A stretch of DNA of 64,000 nucleotides from Ramazzottius varieornatus (GCA_001949185.1 BDGG01000002.1:8789990-8853989); one strand, 5' to 3'. Shown: positions 50,650-63,953, numbered from the stretch's first letter. Translations and numbers: made by a program. Notes: generated from the sequence alone by a model not told the origin.

Positions 50650-52439
50650 TCAGAAAAGCTGTATCTGATCAGCGTAGGTGGCTAGAAAGTACATTGAGCA
50701 AATGCCAGTAGCCACTCCAAATATCTGCAGAGCCAAGGTCATGACAGCCTTTTTGGTGGCCAACTGACTGGCCTCTTCCACCGCCGCCACCATCTCTGGT
50801 AAGATATTGGCGAAAGATATGTAGAAAAACATGCCGGCAGCCAGGGCAAAGATCCAGACGCGGGCGGTGGGCAGTTCGCCCAAAAAGACGCCGACGGCGA
50901 AGCCCAAGAAACAGGTCAGGCCCGAAATCGTGTTGTACAGCACCGCTTGCTTCAAGTTCAGTCCAGAGCTGAGCAGGATGGCCAGGTCGCCCAGCTCGTG
51001 GGGCAGCTCTTCACAGAGAACCGCCACCGAGATGGTCAAACCCTCGACGATGGAAGAGGAGAATGCAGCGCCAATACTCAGACCATCCACACTGAAAGAT
51101 CGATCATATAAACAGTCTACAGGAACGTAGTACAGTTTAGAAAATGCATCCCAGCTGCAAGTACCATTTCTCCGAGGAGAACATGGCGGACTTGTCAGGG
51201 TCAAACTTTGTGCCTTCCCTTCATCCGAATGTTCAGATTTCAACTTGGTTTGATGGATAGAGACCTAAGTATTACAGCAGTTCAAAATCAGAAGATTCGG
51301 ATGAGGGGAAGGTACTAAGTTCGACCTGACAAGCCCACCATGTCTGATAAGTCCGCTATGTTCTCCTCGTGAGCAGTATTGCCAACTGGACATGGGAAAA
51401 AGCAGCCAGATGGAAGAGCGTAGGCGGCAGGGCATGCCAGGGTTTTTCTACACTGTATTTCTAGCTGGCTGCCGATGCACTCAAATGGCCACTATCAGGC
51501 ACAGGTGGAGACCTTGTTGTCTGTACTTACAATTTATGTCTGTAAGAGAAAGAAAGACATGAATTACTTGATAGACGCTGTATGCCAACATGACAATTAG
51601 TCTTACATGCTGTCGCCGGTCAAAATTAGCCAAGCTATCGTCTTCAACGGCTGGGCGGAATCATGGCCATGGAAGTGAATATGATCGTGGGACAAGCGCC
51701 GAAGAACATCCTGTGAGTTGAGATGTCTCTTCTCTGCAAAGTGCCCGCTGTCCTCGGTCGTCTCCGAGGACTTTATGGAATGCTGGAAGTGAAGAGCGGA
51801 AGGCTGCAAGAGCGAGCCCTGTAAAACATCTCCTTCCTGTTCAGCGCTCAGTCGCGATTCGATGCCGCTGCTGGGACTGGTCGATGACGACGAATCCAGC
51901 CTTCGCCTCTGTGCGGCCACCATCTTGAAAATTCGTTCGGCCACATAAAAGGCAAAGACAGCGCTAATGATCACCAGACATTTACGTAAGTACTGCTCAA
52001 TCTCTGCAGGGGACTCCGCCGGCATCTCCATGGCCTGGGGCATCAGCTGGAATATGGCGATGCCACTGAGGCAGCCAATGGCTAGGCCGACCATCCACGT
52101 TAAGACATGCTGGAAAAACTTTGTCTTCATAATGGGGTACAGACACAAACCCAAGGCGGCACAGCTGCAGACCACCAAGACCGAGGGCAGGCCATAACTC
52201 CAAATCTCCAGAGGCGATGGACGCTGGTCGACAGATGTAACGGCGGAAGCTGTGGTGGCGGACGGAGAAAAGTGGCATGTCGAGATAAAGTCTGGTGAGC
52301 AGACATTGTGACACAATGAGCAACAAGCATTGCTGCTACTGGTCAAGTTGAACATTGGCTTCCCTGTGGAGACCAAGGGATGGCTGGCTTGCTGTAACTG
52401 CCAACAATCATCTGATGCTCCACTCCGAAAACGCGCCAT
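50650..52439 (-). CDS. LIV-1 subfamily ZIP metal transporter (SLC39A8/14-type EEXPHE); true start may be at 52572
   Basis: Exons 52441-51607, 51539-51531 (microexon), 51091-50650; LAIGCLSG..FQLMP; His-rich loop HDHIHFHGH; GDSIHKFVDG; CEELPHELGD; AAGMFFYI. Confidence 0.9.
51165..51375. mobile_element. Foldback MITE in a ZIP intron
   Basis: CGAGGAGAACATGGCGGACTTGTCAG..TCATCCGAAT pairs with ATTCGGATGA..CTGATAAGTCCGCTATGTTCTCCTCG. Confidence 0.6.
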
Positions 52440-52837
52440 ACCTAGCGCAAGTCGAAACGTAATTCTAAAGATGAGGAAACAGTGATATGCGTCTGACCGT
52501 ACAACCGTAACGGTTTGGTAACAGATGGCGGAATTGAACAGCTTCGACTATGTAACGTCGGCGGAAATGCATGGCTAATCTAAGTTAAAAGTCTCGTCTA
52601 GCAAAGAATCAAATTATGCCCGCGGGCAACAAACCGGTTTAATTTTCACGTGGGGAAAGTCGCTGTCTTCCCTCAACCGTGTGTCGGCTATATGTTCAGT
52701 CGGCGACTTCCTTCTTGTGCTTTACTATGATAGTGTTGCAGATATTTCGAGTCAGTTTTGAGTTCAACTGTTCAAAACTATATCATAGCACGATATTGGT
52801 GCTTATGTCCTGTCCTAAATTTGTCTTTACTTTCAAG

Positions 52838-55003
52838 ATGGCTCCTGTCGTCTTGGGTTACTGGGGTTGCCATTGGCGTAGGTGGGACCCAAGTAGCAGC
52901 ATAACTGAGGCAATGCTACCAACATTAGAAGCAACCGCATCCACCTGTTGCGCCGTAGCGCAAACACGGCTTCCGTTCGCGTACCAGACCCTGATCGTAT
53001 TAATATTACAGAAGATTACACAGTTACGCTCCTGTTTGTGCATCACAAGCACCAAATAGGTGGCAGCTGTAAGCGCTTACAGTACACGCACGACGAGAAA
53101 ATATGGGCCAGTAATGATGCTGGACCAGGTGGAAAAGTCGTCAAAATAGAAATCCAACGGTCGAAAAGTACATTAGTGTGAATAAGTCGCGGACGTACAT
53201 GCTTCCGTACCGCCGTGGCGAAAAAGCCTGGTCCATCATTTTTACCGGCCCATAATTTCCCGTCGCGCGTGTACGAGCTACGAGGTAGCGAATATAATTC
53301 GGGCATAGCGATTTTCGCATCATAATTCAGGCATAGTTTCTCTGAGCTCCTGTTGCATGCAATCACGTGTTCCTTGTAATTTTACCCCTAAACCTAGCTG
53401 CTAGAACCCAAAGCAGGGATCTGAGGCGAAAACCCAAAGCGAGAAAGTTGGAGAGATGATAGAAGAGATTTACACAAGCAGGAGTGGATAGTCAGATGTC
53501 GAAGAACGTTCGCACTGAGGCGGAAAGAAGAAGAGGTTAAATAGAAGAAGAAAGCAATAACTGTCAGAAAAGATTAAAAGAGAGAGTACTCATTAACAAT
53601 GACTAAAGAGACATTAGTGCACAAAATGCTAGGCGGCGCTCACGTCGTGTACGCAGTGCACGACGTGAGCTATGGCTAGATTTATACGTAACATCCTTGT
53701 TTCCAGAGGTAGACCAATCTTTCTCCCCAAGGTCCAAACAGGTTTGGGAACGATGAAATGTTGTAGATCAGAAGAATCTATCGCGAGGTAGAGACGGGCC
53801 GGCCCAATGCAAAAAAGTCTAAAGTTGCATCAACAAGTGTACGATGAGAAATAAATCAAGGGCCGATAATCTAGCATAAACTTTCGCATTGCCCGAATTA
53901 TGTTCTGTACCTCGTAGTCACCACCACAAGTTGGGCTCAATTTTGTCGAGCCTCAATACTTTTGAAAACACCGCCCTAGGTGCTTCGCTGCCGCGGCCAT
54001 GACTTTACTGTTTTTCCCTGTTCAATTTTTCGCATTCATGGATACGAGTATCTGTATACCAGCTGACCAGCTGATGGCCACTGTCCATGACAGTTTTCTA
54101 CTGTTGAATTTTACTACGTTACGTCATTTATCCGATTTCTGTTTCTGAGTTCCATACAAATTGTAATTTGCTGTCTTTTCCGCCTGGCCCGTAAAATCTC
54201 GTCGCGCATGTACCGTAACTGGGGCAATGAAAGTCCCAGCTGGATGGAGCAGAAATGGAAGCTTGGCCGTCGTTTCCCTACCGTAATCCTTCTCTGTTTT
54301 GCCGGTCAATTTCCTCGTTTTCACCTGTACAGGTACAATCGATATTAATTTCTGTAAGCTTATTCGTCAGCTGCCGTATCTGATTGACGGCGATGTTCAG
54401 CTAACACAATCCAGTGCTATTATCCGCTATCTGGCTCGCAAGCACGGCCTGGACGCCAAGAGCGAATCGCAAATTCGCGACCAAGATCGGTTGGAGAACG
54501 TACTGCACCATTTGGTGGTGGGCATGGCCATGTTAAGCTTTGGCTATGTAGCCGGAGATGCCGAGGAGAACAAGAAGCAGTTCGTCACAGACTGATGCGA
54601 TGCCTGTGCTGAACGAATTAGACAGCCAACTGTCGACCAACAAATTCTCGTTGGGCGACACGCTCAACTTCACTGACTTTGTTCTTTTCGAGGTACGTAG
54701 ATATATCAGAGTTCCTGCCGTAGCTATTCCAAATGGAACGAAATAGCATAAATTAAAATTAATAATGATATTCGAAGAGATTAGACGCTGGATTCAAGGA
54801 CCTTCTGCCCATGTTCCCCAGTTTGCAAAAGTAATATGAACGAATGATGGTATTAACAAGTCAAACAGCGTTTGGTCACAATGTTGTGATGTCGTACACT
54901 CTTCGTCTAGGACCTGAAAGGTATTGGAGAGTATGTGACGTCGGATCGCATGCCGAAAGAGGTGGCTCCCATGAAAAGCCAGTTTAATACCAAGAACCGC
55001 TAG
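52838..55003 (+). pseudogene. Glutathione S-transferase (mu-like) pseudogene
   Basis: MAPVVLGYW; LPYLIDGDVQLTQSSAIIRYLARKHGL; FSLGDTLNFTDFVLFE; FPSLQK*YERM. Frameshift/stop at ~54593; expected second exon not found; MITE insertions. Confidence 0.8.
53085..53271. mobile_element. MITE family A, full copy (partial copies at ~722-790, ~54165-54212, ~55040-55150)
   Basis: TA|CACGCACGACGAGAAAATATGGGCC...GGCCCATAATTTCCCGTCGCGCGTG|TA. Confidence 0.85.
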
Positions 55004-55992
55004 CGAATTCGAGCTGACCTCGGCTGGATATTATGCAGTACACGATCTACGGCACTTCTCGACACTTTTCTACGTTTGAATTTCCATTTTGCCGTCCTTG
55101 CCACCTGGCCCGTAATTTTTACTGTCCCATACTTACGCCTCCTGCGTGTATATGATGGGCTGTCCGTGTAAGTTCGATAACTGACATATCTTCATGCTTT
55201 TCAGTAATTTCACGGAGCCAATGCAACGAGCCCAGTGCGCGTATGGCTGTTAGGAAATCCGAGCAGCGCACGCCTACCCTTTTTTATCATGTTCTGTCCA
55301 AGAGTGACCTCTATTAGTTTTGGTCAGTCCGGCATTCGAGAGACCATACGTTCTTACGAACTCTGCTATACATCTCATTACGGTATAAGGCTTTAACCGC
55401 CCCGATACCCACCTCTCCATATGGGTCATGTTCCTTGTAGCCAACGTGAGTTTCATCACCACGGTGTCATATCTTTATGCTATTGTTCTTTTTCTGCCCT
55501 TTGCCCGTCTACGGATGTCGTTCAAGCAGTGATAGGGCTTTGGGCAGGCGAATTAACTTCGATACAGTAGATCTTTTGCAAATTTGGTAATGGTGGTAGC
55601 GGACCATTCTGCAATAAAGGCACAGTGGGTTCCGCGGCGACAACACTGCAGCCGGCTCTGCCTACGGTAAACCAAGGCGCAACCGCAACATAGAGGTGCC
55701 GCAACTGTCGGTTGCTACGTAAAGCAAAGAAAGCCTAGGAGTAAGAGGCTAAACGTTAGAGCGACATCCGTTAAATTCTCAGCGTGGTAAAGGAAAAAAC
55801 TCTTACTTGTAATATATTGACCTCTCTTGCAGGACCATAAATTGTATTCGATCTCTGTCTTACTAACTGCCATTTGCTAGTCCACATCTCGTATTGGCGT
55901 ACACCCATCAGCATTAGGATGATGAAAGGTGCTTGTGATGGTGTTTGCGACAAACTTTAGACTTGGAGGTACTCCCTGCCCGTTTGTTGACC

Positions 55993-56655
55993 ATGTCCCT
56001 TTATGGCACAGCTGGGTTAGTCTTTGTACTGATACTTGAATACTCCATCAAGTTGATCCAAGGTGGCGATGTCTACACCATTGCGTCTTGCCACTGGTGC
56101 AAGCTGACAGGACGAAGCGACACTTCCAGCAACTGTAGTGCCGGCCAGTCTGTAAGCGAGCGCGGCTACAACAGCGACTGCAGCCCGCAAGCTCCCTACC
56201 GCTTCTGTCATGGGCCGACCTTGGCCAACCCCGGTCCCCTGTACCACGGCTGTGCCGTCTCTCGCCCGCTGGATCTGGCCCAGTACCCCGAACTGTGCAC
56301 CTACGACGACTTGAAGCTGAAGCTGGCCGACAAGGCCGAGTGCGTCTGTGACAGCGGCCTAGCCAATGCCGACACGCAACAACTGCTCCGTGGATCGACC
56401 TGCCAAATGGGCGACATGGCCGTGGAGTGGAAGGTCACCGTCACCAAAGAAGAGGAAGCGCCCAGCTGTCAGACCGGCTGTATTGCTGGCATCTGCTTGG
56501 GACTAGGCTTTTTCGCGGCTATCATCACTTGTCTCTTCTACGGTATTCACCGCAACAAGAAGGGCGCCAAAAGCAAATCTTCGCCGCCACAAGCGCCAGC
56601 TGCAAACGCCTCTGCTTATCCTATTCATCCCACCGGACCTGTTCGCCACAAATAA
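55993..56655 (+). CDS. Single-exon Cys-rich type I membrane protein with a Ly6/three-finger-like ectodomain, 220 aa
   Basis: Hydrophobic N-terminus; CHWC..C..C..C..GC..C..CVCDSGLAN; TM CIAGICLGLGFFAAIITCLFYGI followed by basic HRNKK; P/A/S-rich tail. Confidence 0.75.
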   Translation: MSLYGTAGLVFVLILEYSIKLIQGGDVYTIASCHWCKLTGRSDTSSNCSAGQSVSERGYNSDCSPQAPYRFCHGPTLANPGPLYHGCAVSRPLDLAQYPELCTYDDLKLKLADKAECVCDSGLANADTQQLLRGSTCQMGDMAVEWKVTVTKEEEAPSCQTGCIAGICLGLGFFAAIITCLFYGIHRNKKGAKSKSSPPQAPAANASAYPIHPTGPVRHK

Positions 56656-59600
56656 ACCCACATAACCCTATACACAATTATTACTCAGTGGCTCATGAAT
56701 ACCCAGGTTGCTGCTTGTTATCAATAGAGCAGTAGACCCTTTTTTCTACAGTACACATTCTGTAACGGGCTGACCGAAACGGGATAAAGATGAAGCCTGC
56801 AGTTGCTCTCCTCTTTCCCAGTTTTATCTCGCTTTATAGGCCTATGCCTGCAAAAAGTGATAGAGGCGAACCTGTTTTGATTCTGCATGTTTTGATAACA
56901 GTGATGGCTATCGCCATATTTCCCCGTAGCGTGGACAGATTCTGCCACTTCCAGTTTCAGGATGTAGTCAAGAGCTCATTCCTAGTTCTGAGAATGAAGA
57001 ATGCAATAATAGGCTGGATATAACACGGTAGTTTCACTCAGATAAAAGGTCTCTGTTCAATCCCTTTCGATGACGTCATGCGCCACCGGGAGACAACCAG
57101 CTGTTATTAAAGCTAGCATAAGGCTGCTCTTTCGCATTTCCCGGGCAACGTTCTGCACCCGGCAGTAGAACTACCTTCATGCTACAGTTTGACACCTGGA
57201 CACATCCAATCTTACCATTGTGAACTAAGATATGAGCAACTACTCTCCGCTAACAAATTACCGTGTCCCGCAGTCGACCGTTCGACGCTGGATGAGCACA
57301 ACATAAAGATAACTTCCGGAAGTTGCGGAGGAAGCTCCCTGGACATGCTGCAGGACATCTCGTAAATCCACAATCAAGATAAAGTGGGTTTTCGGTAGAC
57401 TGGATGGCAGTAAAAATACGGTCGTTCCTAGCGAGAGATTCAGGTACAGTAATTTCGTCAAAGCTGCAAGCAATGCGTTTTCGCTCGAAAGCACTGTCGA
57501 GCTGCTAAACCGACCAGCCCAGTATGGATCGCCAATCAACTTATTGGTGGTTCAGCAGCTCATCAGTGCTCGAAAGTTAGCAAAGTTTAGCTGGTCCGAT
57601 GCTCAGTAGAAATCAGGTGAAAAGTGCGATGGCACGCCGAGGCACGCCATCCCAATCGCGTATCATTTCTACTTGGTCTAGCCCATATGTGGTTTGGTGG
57701 CATAGCTTGCTCTGCCCTCTGCCGAAAGGGTGCTTCCTAATATCGGACTCCATGTTCGAATGGCTTCCTTTCTGGAATTTCTCCCGTCGTGATCTCCCGC
57801 CGGTTTCCGATTCTGTCTGGCTTACAATAGAGCAAAGTGGTAGGGGATGCTTAGGAAAAGATTTGGCATTTTAGCTCCTCACGGTAGCTGAGGTATTTGT
57901 CAGTTAGCCAAGTATTCGCCAGTTTAGCGAGTTAGAAAAGTTAGGTTTCGCTCGTCGTACCTATTCCTCGGCGTTGCTAACAATGCGGCTTAATTTCACA
58001 ATGGCCAATTTGTCATTTATACAGCATTTCATACTTCAGCTTTCAGCTGCCCGTGAATTTTGGTGTGTTCAGCTATATGTTGTGGAGAGGTGTTTACTAT
58101 TATATATGGTGTATTGTATGGAGGCGAAAAAGTTTTAACGATCGTCCATCAGTTGCCAGTTGATTGAGTAGCGGAAAGAGCGGCCCGCCCGCTGAGAAGC
58201 GGCAAGTGATGCAAATATTATTTGCTCCATATCCGGCACTGATCTGCCGCTCTTCCGCAATATGGAAAGTATGTTTGGGGGAGAGCTGGTCGTTGACTTT
58301 AATTGAGTGAAGGGCGGCCTTTGAACACGACATTATTCAATAATCTGCGCGCATCATCATCTTCCGGAAACACGCCTGTGCCTCACTGATGACTTCCCAT
58401 CTCTTTCTTCCTTTGTCCATCCCCCCTCTCTCCTTACTCGTAACGTTCTTTGCCAGCTGTAGCTTTCCATCGCCAGGTCGGTCCAGATCCCCATAAAAAG
58501 GAGCTTTCCATTTGAAGGCAATGTCGACGATTTTGAGCCGCTGATTTGGGACAACCTGTCTCTCTTCGGAAGAATACGCATTTGCCGTGAATACGGAGTT
58601 GCCGTATGTACGAGCCTCGATGGCGATTAGATAGTGGAACTTGGTTGGCGAATGTGATTAGCTGTAGCGGCGCAGGGCGAGTGGGATGAAAAATGGTGGA
58701 AAAGACATTTGTCACCCGCTGGCGTTGGCCGATATTAAGGGCCCGTAATTGTCCTTGGCGGGAAGATGGATAGGCCCGATAGTTTAATGGTATGACTTGA
58801 TCAGTGCATCATTAAAGGCAAGTGGTTTTACAATGAAGTTGGCGTGTTAGTCAGGCCCGTGTCGGTCGCTACCAAAGAGAGCGATTGAAAAGAACGCAAT
58901 GATATCGTTACGACTTTGCACGTCACAATAAGCCAAACTGCATTAATCTCCACTTTGTTCACACATTGCCCTGACAGACACTACGTACTCTTTTCATTTC
59001 TGCAGCGTAACGCTGAGGTTGATTGTTGGTCGCCACTACTATGTAATTATCTCACGCTTACTTTCGACCATAAATCTCATTCTTCACCCATTTTGGCCAC
59101 ACTGGACTTCTTGTCCTGAATGTTTTAACCTTCTAACATCTTTGATTAACAGGCTCTTTGACCCTTTGACTAGGATTTTTTACCAAAGGACTGGCAGGTT
59201 CGTGCCTTGCACGGACCTTTCAGTCAGTTCTGTGGCAAAAAAGCAGGTTCAAATCGCGGCCTACAGCTTTGTTCTCCGTGTGCTCATGTTACAGTGCGGC
59301 CATGCAAACTTTGGGCAACCGTTTTTTCTAAAGCCATCTGAAAAATCATTTTTACAGTTTCCTCGCTTGCTGTTGCTACAAGAACGATGGCTCTCGTTTC
59401 CGACTCTGTCTGTCGCTGCAATATTCAAATCTGCGATGGGAAGATGAGGATCAAGTGCAGCTACTGATCCGAGCGAATTCCAACTTTTTTGTCGAAATTA
59501 TAATCCAGCGACACTCGCATTGAGTGAAGTCAAAAAAAAATTGGCTCATTTAATGTGATTTTATCATCCTGTATTAGCCCTTATATCCAAAACGATGAAA

Positions 59601-61905
59601 CGAGTTTGGAAAAAATAAAAGCACTATTGCTGAATAATTAAAACAAATCAGTTCCTGCGCCTCTTTCGCGTTCTGTCCTCTGACTTTTCCAGTCGTAAGT
59701 TTAAGTATCGAAGTCAGAATATGGCCTTCTGAAAGAAGATAGCGCCGGCTATCGGACAAGTTCCACTGCTCATTTTGTATGTCAAACGAATTTTTTTATA
59801 GTTGCAGAATGTTTGCATGGCCAAACTGTAGCTGGGCTAGTGCCACTATCCTTTAGGCAGCATGTTGGTATCCCGTATATCCGTGTCTCCTACATAATAT
59901 CCAGTACGAAAGTATACAATAACAGGTGTCTCTAGTGACGAGGACACTGCTACAGTAATTTGAAACTTGGCGCTGCGAACGTTATTTTGAGGTTATTTTG
60001 AGGAAGCAGACGGGGTCAGGCAAAGGATGAGCTTACTTCATCAAGAGTCAACTATGATTGTTATCACATTTTACGGCCAGTGAGCAAATATACTCTGCCG
60101 TTGGCGTAGCGAATGTGCGCGGGATAATTAGTTGTCATATGGGCTAATCAAGGATGGGGAACGGGCTCACTGACGCTCGCTGGTCAAGACATAGACTCGA
60201 CACCTCTCTCCTCTTTGTTCCGGACGTGTCATCAGTGGGCCCATGGCTCGACGTACACTGTGCTGATCGGCTTGTGATATCGAATTAACGCCGCTCAAAT
60301 TTGAATGGCAAATGTGACATGATTGCAAAGTGTCTATCCCCTCCCTCGGGGAATACCACGTCCATAATATCCTCTTACAAGTAAAATTATTTACATTTGG
60401 CTAATCCCCCTCCTATCAGCGTTATGCCTGCAACTTGCAACGGCCTTCTTTTTTATCTCATCCCAGCTACTATCAACTGCATTCTTTCGATTGGTCCTTC
60501 TAGGTAAAACGGTTATCACACCAAGAAAAGCGGTCTTCCGCGTCGAGCTGAAAGAAGGGCATTCCTCATCTGCTCCCGTCTCAAATTTTTCACCGATCGA
60601 AGATAAAAACAACATAAGTTTTGGAGTGTTCTTCCCAGAGGTCACACTTGAGTACCGTCAAAAGATATTGTGCGATGTTGGAAAACACTGTTTGGTCACA
60701 TGTTTGAGAGAGGGAACTTGAAAGGCTGGGATAGAAGGCAGAGTGATGGTCGAAGCAAAGGGGATCAAATTGGCAGTGACAGTTATAGGGCCTGATGCGA
60801 TTGTTAGTCTAGGCCAGTTGACGTTGTTGCCGCTGCCTCGCTTCCCTCAATTTCCCCAGCGACGTTCAAGCAATCAAATTATGCCCTTTGATACAATTTG
60901 CACTGCCTGTAGTTGGGATGTAAAGTAATGGACTGTAATGATGCATAATATGATTGTGAACGAGGGGAGTGGGCGCTGGGGCCACCCGGGACTGTTGGCC
61001 CGCTCATTGGCCCATCGACACCGTCTCCTGCCGTCAATGTGCCCAGCAATAGCACTCCCTGCTGCCAACGTCCTCCATCTCTTCCTTCTACTCCCATCAA
61101 GTCGGCCATCATTATTGCATTGCTGGCTCGCTATCCCCGCAGCAGTAGTGATTGCGCCAAGTCCTACAAGAGCATGGCAGGCACTGCTGGTCAGAGTAGG
61201 AGACAGTGTGTGCGCTGAGGCTGACAGAGCCAGTCTTGGCTTGTTTTGTGTAATGTCTGAAGAGGAGTCCAGAGAGTTGATATGCAGCAGCATGCTGCCA
61301 AATGAGGCATGACGATGCCGACATGCCTCTTCCCCTGTCCCTGCCCCACTCCCTCTCCACCAGCATATCCGGACATTTAAAGCACCATCCACAACATTAG
61401 CGCCGTTATGCTCTTTGATTGCTATTAAACTTGTTTCCATTCCTCCTTTTCAATTGCCTTTCCGCCAATCCATTTTCCTGGCACTATGTCATTACTGGTC
61501 GTTAAGTTTATAACAGAAAGAAGCAGTAGAGTTTTTCTCATCTTTGGCTTGAGCTGTCTTGACTCTGTCGCCGACACGCAAAAGGCCCATTTTGTACGTT
61601 GGTCGCCTATCGGCGTCACGAAGGAGCGCTTGTAGCTTATGTATTGCCGGTCAGATTGACAAATAACATTGCGATTAATCAGAGATGTAATCGAGTCTTG
61701 ACTGTCGTCCGCCGTTTCCGTTCAGCACCCGATTTCACGCCAGTCTTCCCTCTCCCCCCGAAACGGACGTCCATGTCGTTAGAAGCAGCCAGTCGTGCTT
61801 GTAGCCAGTTCCGCAGCTAACTTGTCTTTCCGACATCCAAACTTGACCCGATCAAACACTTTGAATAATCCTCGCTCTCTGGCCGAACGACGCCATATCA
61901 GCAAT

Positions 61906-63953
61906 ATGTTTTGTTTCCACTGTCCACCATTGCTGCCGCAGCAGCTACGCATGCCAACATTGGACTACCATTGCTTGCCTACACATCCATGTAAGTATTT
62001 TCTGAAGACATTTCTATGCCTAGGCAAATTTCTATATACATATCTTGAAAAAAAACTTTGACAAATTTGAAGAAACATTTCAAAAGTAGAAATTAACTGC
62101 AAGAGATAAATAGACTAAGATGCTATAGAGTGCATTAGTATCGAGCAAAGATGAAAATTCGATGGAAAAAGGAATGTTTTAGATCCATCCATTTCGTACC
62201 ATTCTTCGGACTTGCAAGATGACGCGTATCCTCGTCGAAAACAACGGCGTAACCGAACGACCTTCACGGTGCAGCAGTTGGAGGACCTGGAAGCGGCTTT
62301 CACCCAGACGCACTACCCCGACGTCTTTACTCGCGAAGACCTGGCCATGAAGATCAACTTGACCGAAGCCCGCGTTCAGGTAGCTTCTTCATGATCATCG
62401 ACTCTTGCCCAGTTCCCCACTTGATCGATGATCCATTCTTCATTGTACCCTTTGTATCGTCTACGGCACAGGTTTGGTTCCAAAATAGACGGGCCAAATG
62501 GCGCAAGCACGAGAAGGGAAGTGACAAGAAGAAAGGTCAGGAGAAGGCCGAAGATGAGGCTTCGACAGGTGCTGACAGCAAAGAAGGCATGACGGCCGAT
62601 GCCGACCTTGTCCGGCCTCAAGGAAGGAGAGCCAGCTCTGCCGAAAACGTCTCGGATACCAGCTCAGTTTCATCCTCTCTTTCCGACGGTAAAGCCTCTC
62701 AACAACCGGCGGCGGCGGACCATCCGCAGCAAGAGCCGCTTGATGTCTCAACCAAAGAGGAACACGTCTCCTTGGTCCAAGCACAGAGAACCTCCAGGTA
62801 CACTCCTTCCTTTTCAAGCTCCATGATGATTGCATGTTTGTGTCGTGCACTGCTCCCTCAATCTTCTCCCTAAAAACAAAATTAAAGTTCTCCCTGGCTG
62901 AGGAACTCGATAGTCCAGCGCACTATTACCGGGCCATCAGCTAGTAAAGCGCTTGTACTTTATATATATTGATAGCAGTTTTGCCTTTCCGCTTGATAAT
63001 ATGGTTGAGTTTCATTCGATTCAAACCTGCCGCGGGGTGTATCAAACTGGGTTTGGCCAGAATTGATCAGAGCATTTTCTGGGGGTGAAAATAAGACTAT
63101 TAGCGAAGAGGCGCTATATTGAGTTCATTTGCCTAATTGGCGGCTGGAGCTGTGAAAGCAACAAGATTAGCTCTTCGTTACAAATCAGTCAGATGTGACC
63201 GAAGGGATATTAATCTTTGATTACTCCATTAAGGGCAATTTTCTAATTTGGCCAATAAGCTGGAGACGGCGGCTTGATCCGCGCCCAGGCCGAGACCCAA
63301 TAAAAGGGCATAACTGTACTCGCATCCGAGTGCCATTCAAAGCAGATTGCTCTCTGCTCCACTGAATGTCGTTACATGTATAGCCGATATCATGATTAGG
63401 CTGAATAGACGCTCATCAAACCCTAGTCCGCTCCCCTGAGACCAGCCACCCTTTCTTCCCCAAAGTAAACATTTATTTCCAAAGTAAAACCCGCAACCTT
63501 CACCACAACACCAAGTGGCCACCTTCCCTCAAAACCATTCCTGGAAATTCTGGAAACCTACGTACAACAAGGCCGTGCAAAGTGCCACCTGTCGTTTCGT
63601 GATAAAAGAGGCCAAAGGTCATGAGAGCTCTCAGCTACACAATGACTTGGTTACGGAAACTTTGGGTTTTTGCAGGAAGCGGAACAAGGACCCTTCTCGT
63701 TCCACGTCGAGGTCTCCGTCTCGAGTGGAAACTGCAAGTTCCCCTTGCTCGCCAAAAATGGCCGCTAACATTCCCAGCAAGCCGCCCATCGGTACAGGCA
63801 CTTCTGTCGTGCACGTCACAAAGGGCGCAACGCTGCCACCATCGAGCACGGCCATCAATCATCCGCCGTCGTCGCGAGCCTTTCTCCTCTCGGCTCCGCC
63901 TGCAACGACAGCAGCGGCCATCAACATGGCCGCAGTTATGTCATTGGGAAGAG
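61906..63953 (+). CDS. DRGX: Drgx/Prrxl1 paired-like (Q50) homeobox protein; 3' end probably beyond the window
   Basis: Exons 61906-61990, 62183-62379, 62472-62797, 63676-63953; N-terminus MFCFHCPP; [51 protein letters not shown]|[12 protein letters not shown]. Confidence 0.92.

Noticed and set aside
60874-61440. 188-aa minus-strand ORF upstream of Drgx
   Set aside because: No homology cues or clear splice structure; likely a chance ORF in regulatory DNA
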